Shown here in pieces: positions 63,296-64,000 of a stretch of 64,000 nucleotides of DNA. Every line of letters begins with the position of its first letter. The first letter of the stretch is position 1. The notes under the pieces are model-generated. The model searched no databases, was not told where the DNA came from, and saw nothing but the letters and a program-made list of their open reading frames with translations. The position numbers and the translations under genes are program-made. This DNA comes from Octopus sinensis (lineage: Eukaryota): assembly GCF_006345805.1 (NCBI RefSeq), contig NC_042998.1, positions 6,572,001-6,636,000 of the forward strand, given 5' to 3'.

Positions 63296-63633
63296 TATAT
63301 ATATATATATATATAACTTACTTGGAAGTGGATGCGTGGCGTTCGATCATATAATAACAAATTAATAAGTTAAACTTATGCATACATAAGTACATACCTA
63401 CGTCTATATGTATATATACATGCATATATGGGTATAGGACACCAAAAAACGTAGAACACATCGAGAAACGAAAACATGAAAACAAAAACATGGAAACGGA
63501 CTTTTTCAAACAACGAAAAAACAGAGTACAAGACATACAACCCAAGGAACATTCCCCTTCTATATACATACATACATACATACGTGCGTAGGTACGTACG
63601 TACGTACGTATGTATGTATATATATGTGTGTGT

Positions 63634-63716
<83 letters not shown>

Positions 63717-63769
63717 CCCCAGTGTGGCTGTAATGGTTAATATAGGGCGTTACGATTATCCGAAAATCA

Positions 63770-64000
63770 AAAAAAAAATGTGTGTAATAGGTGTAAAACA
63801 ACTTCCTATGAACGAATATGAAAAAAAAAATTCGCGCACGCGAAAGGGGGGTGGGGGAGAGGCCTCGGAAAATTCACATCGGGAAGTTCCGAAAGCGTCT
63901 GAGGAGCTGACCCGGGCACCAAAACAAAAAAAAAATAGTGTAAAACAACTTGCTCTAAACGAATATGACAAAAAAAAAATGCGCTCTCGCGAAAGAGGGG
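63770..64000. repeat. ~147-bp tandem repeat, two units, running off the window
   Basis: GTGTAAAACAACTT..AACGAATATGA(A)n..CGCGAAAG at 63791 and 63938. Confidence 0.7.

Noticed and set aside
1-64000. CRISPR arrays, rRNA or prokaryote-type operons
   Set aside because: No repeat-spacer arrays, rRNA-like tracts or gene-dense segments; the composition is that of a repeat-rich animal genome.

Overview
AT-rich, microsatellite-dense eukaryotic DNA with one 100-N gap (7094-7193). The repeat families look like those of an octopus/cephalopod genome; that assignment is my inference from recalled repeat families, not a search. The window is almost entirely intronic/intergenic. It holds dozens of tRNA-derived SINEs from at least three abundant families, two decayed Penelope-like retroelements (RT + GIY-YIG; ~15550-18800, split by a TA-flanked mariner, and ~58975-61770), and RTE, Dong/R4 and Tx1-like LINE fragments. 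It also holds Tc1/mariner and hAT MITEs and two Helitron ends. No intact protein-coding gene is recognisable. Most ORF-track entries are microsatellite or SINE read-throughs, and only a few short unassigned exon candidates remain. The most striking signal is about ten minimal type-I hammerhead-ribozyme (HHR)-like motifs. They sit in short non-coding elements that are often fold-back or inverted-repeat structured and inserted in microsatellites. One family fuses a tRNA-derived SINE head to an HHR, and others carry recurrent non-canonical catalytic cores. Other notable items are a pre-miRNA-like hairpin (55056-55110) and two independent SINE-in-SINE insertions at the same nucleotide. Coordinates of degenerate repeats are approximate and were read by eye.
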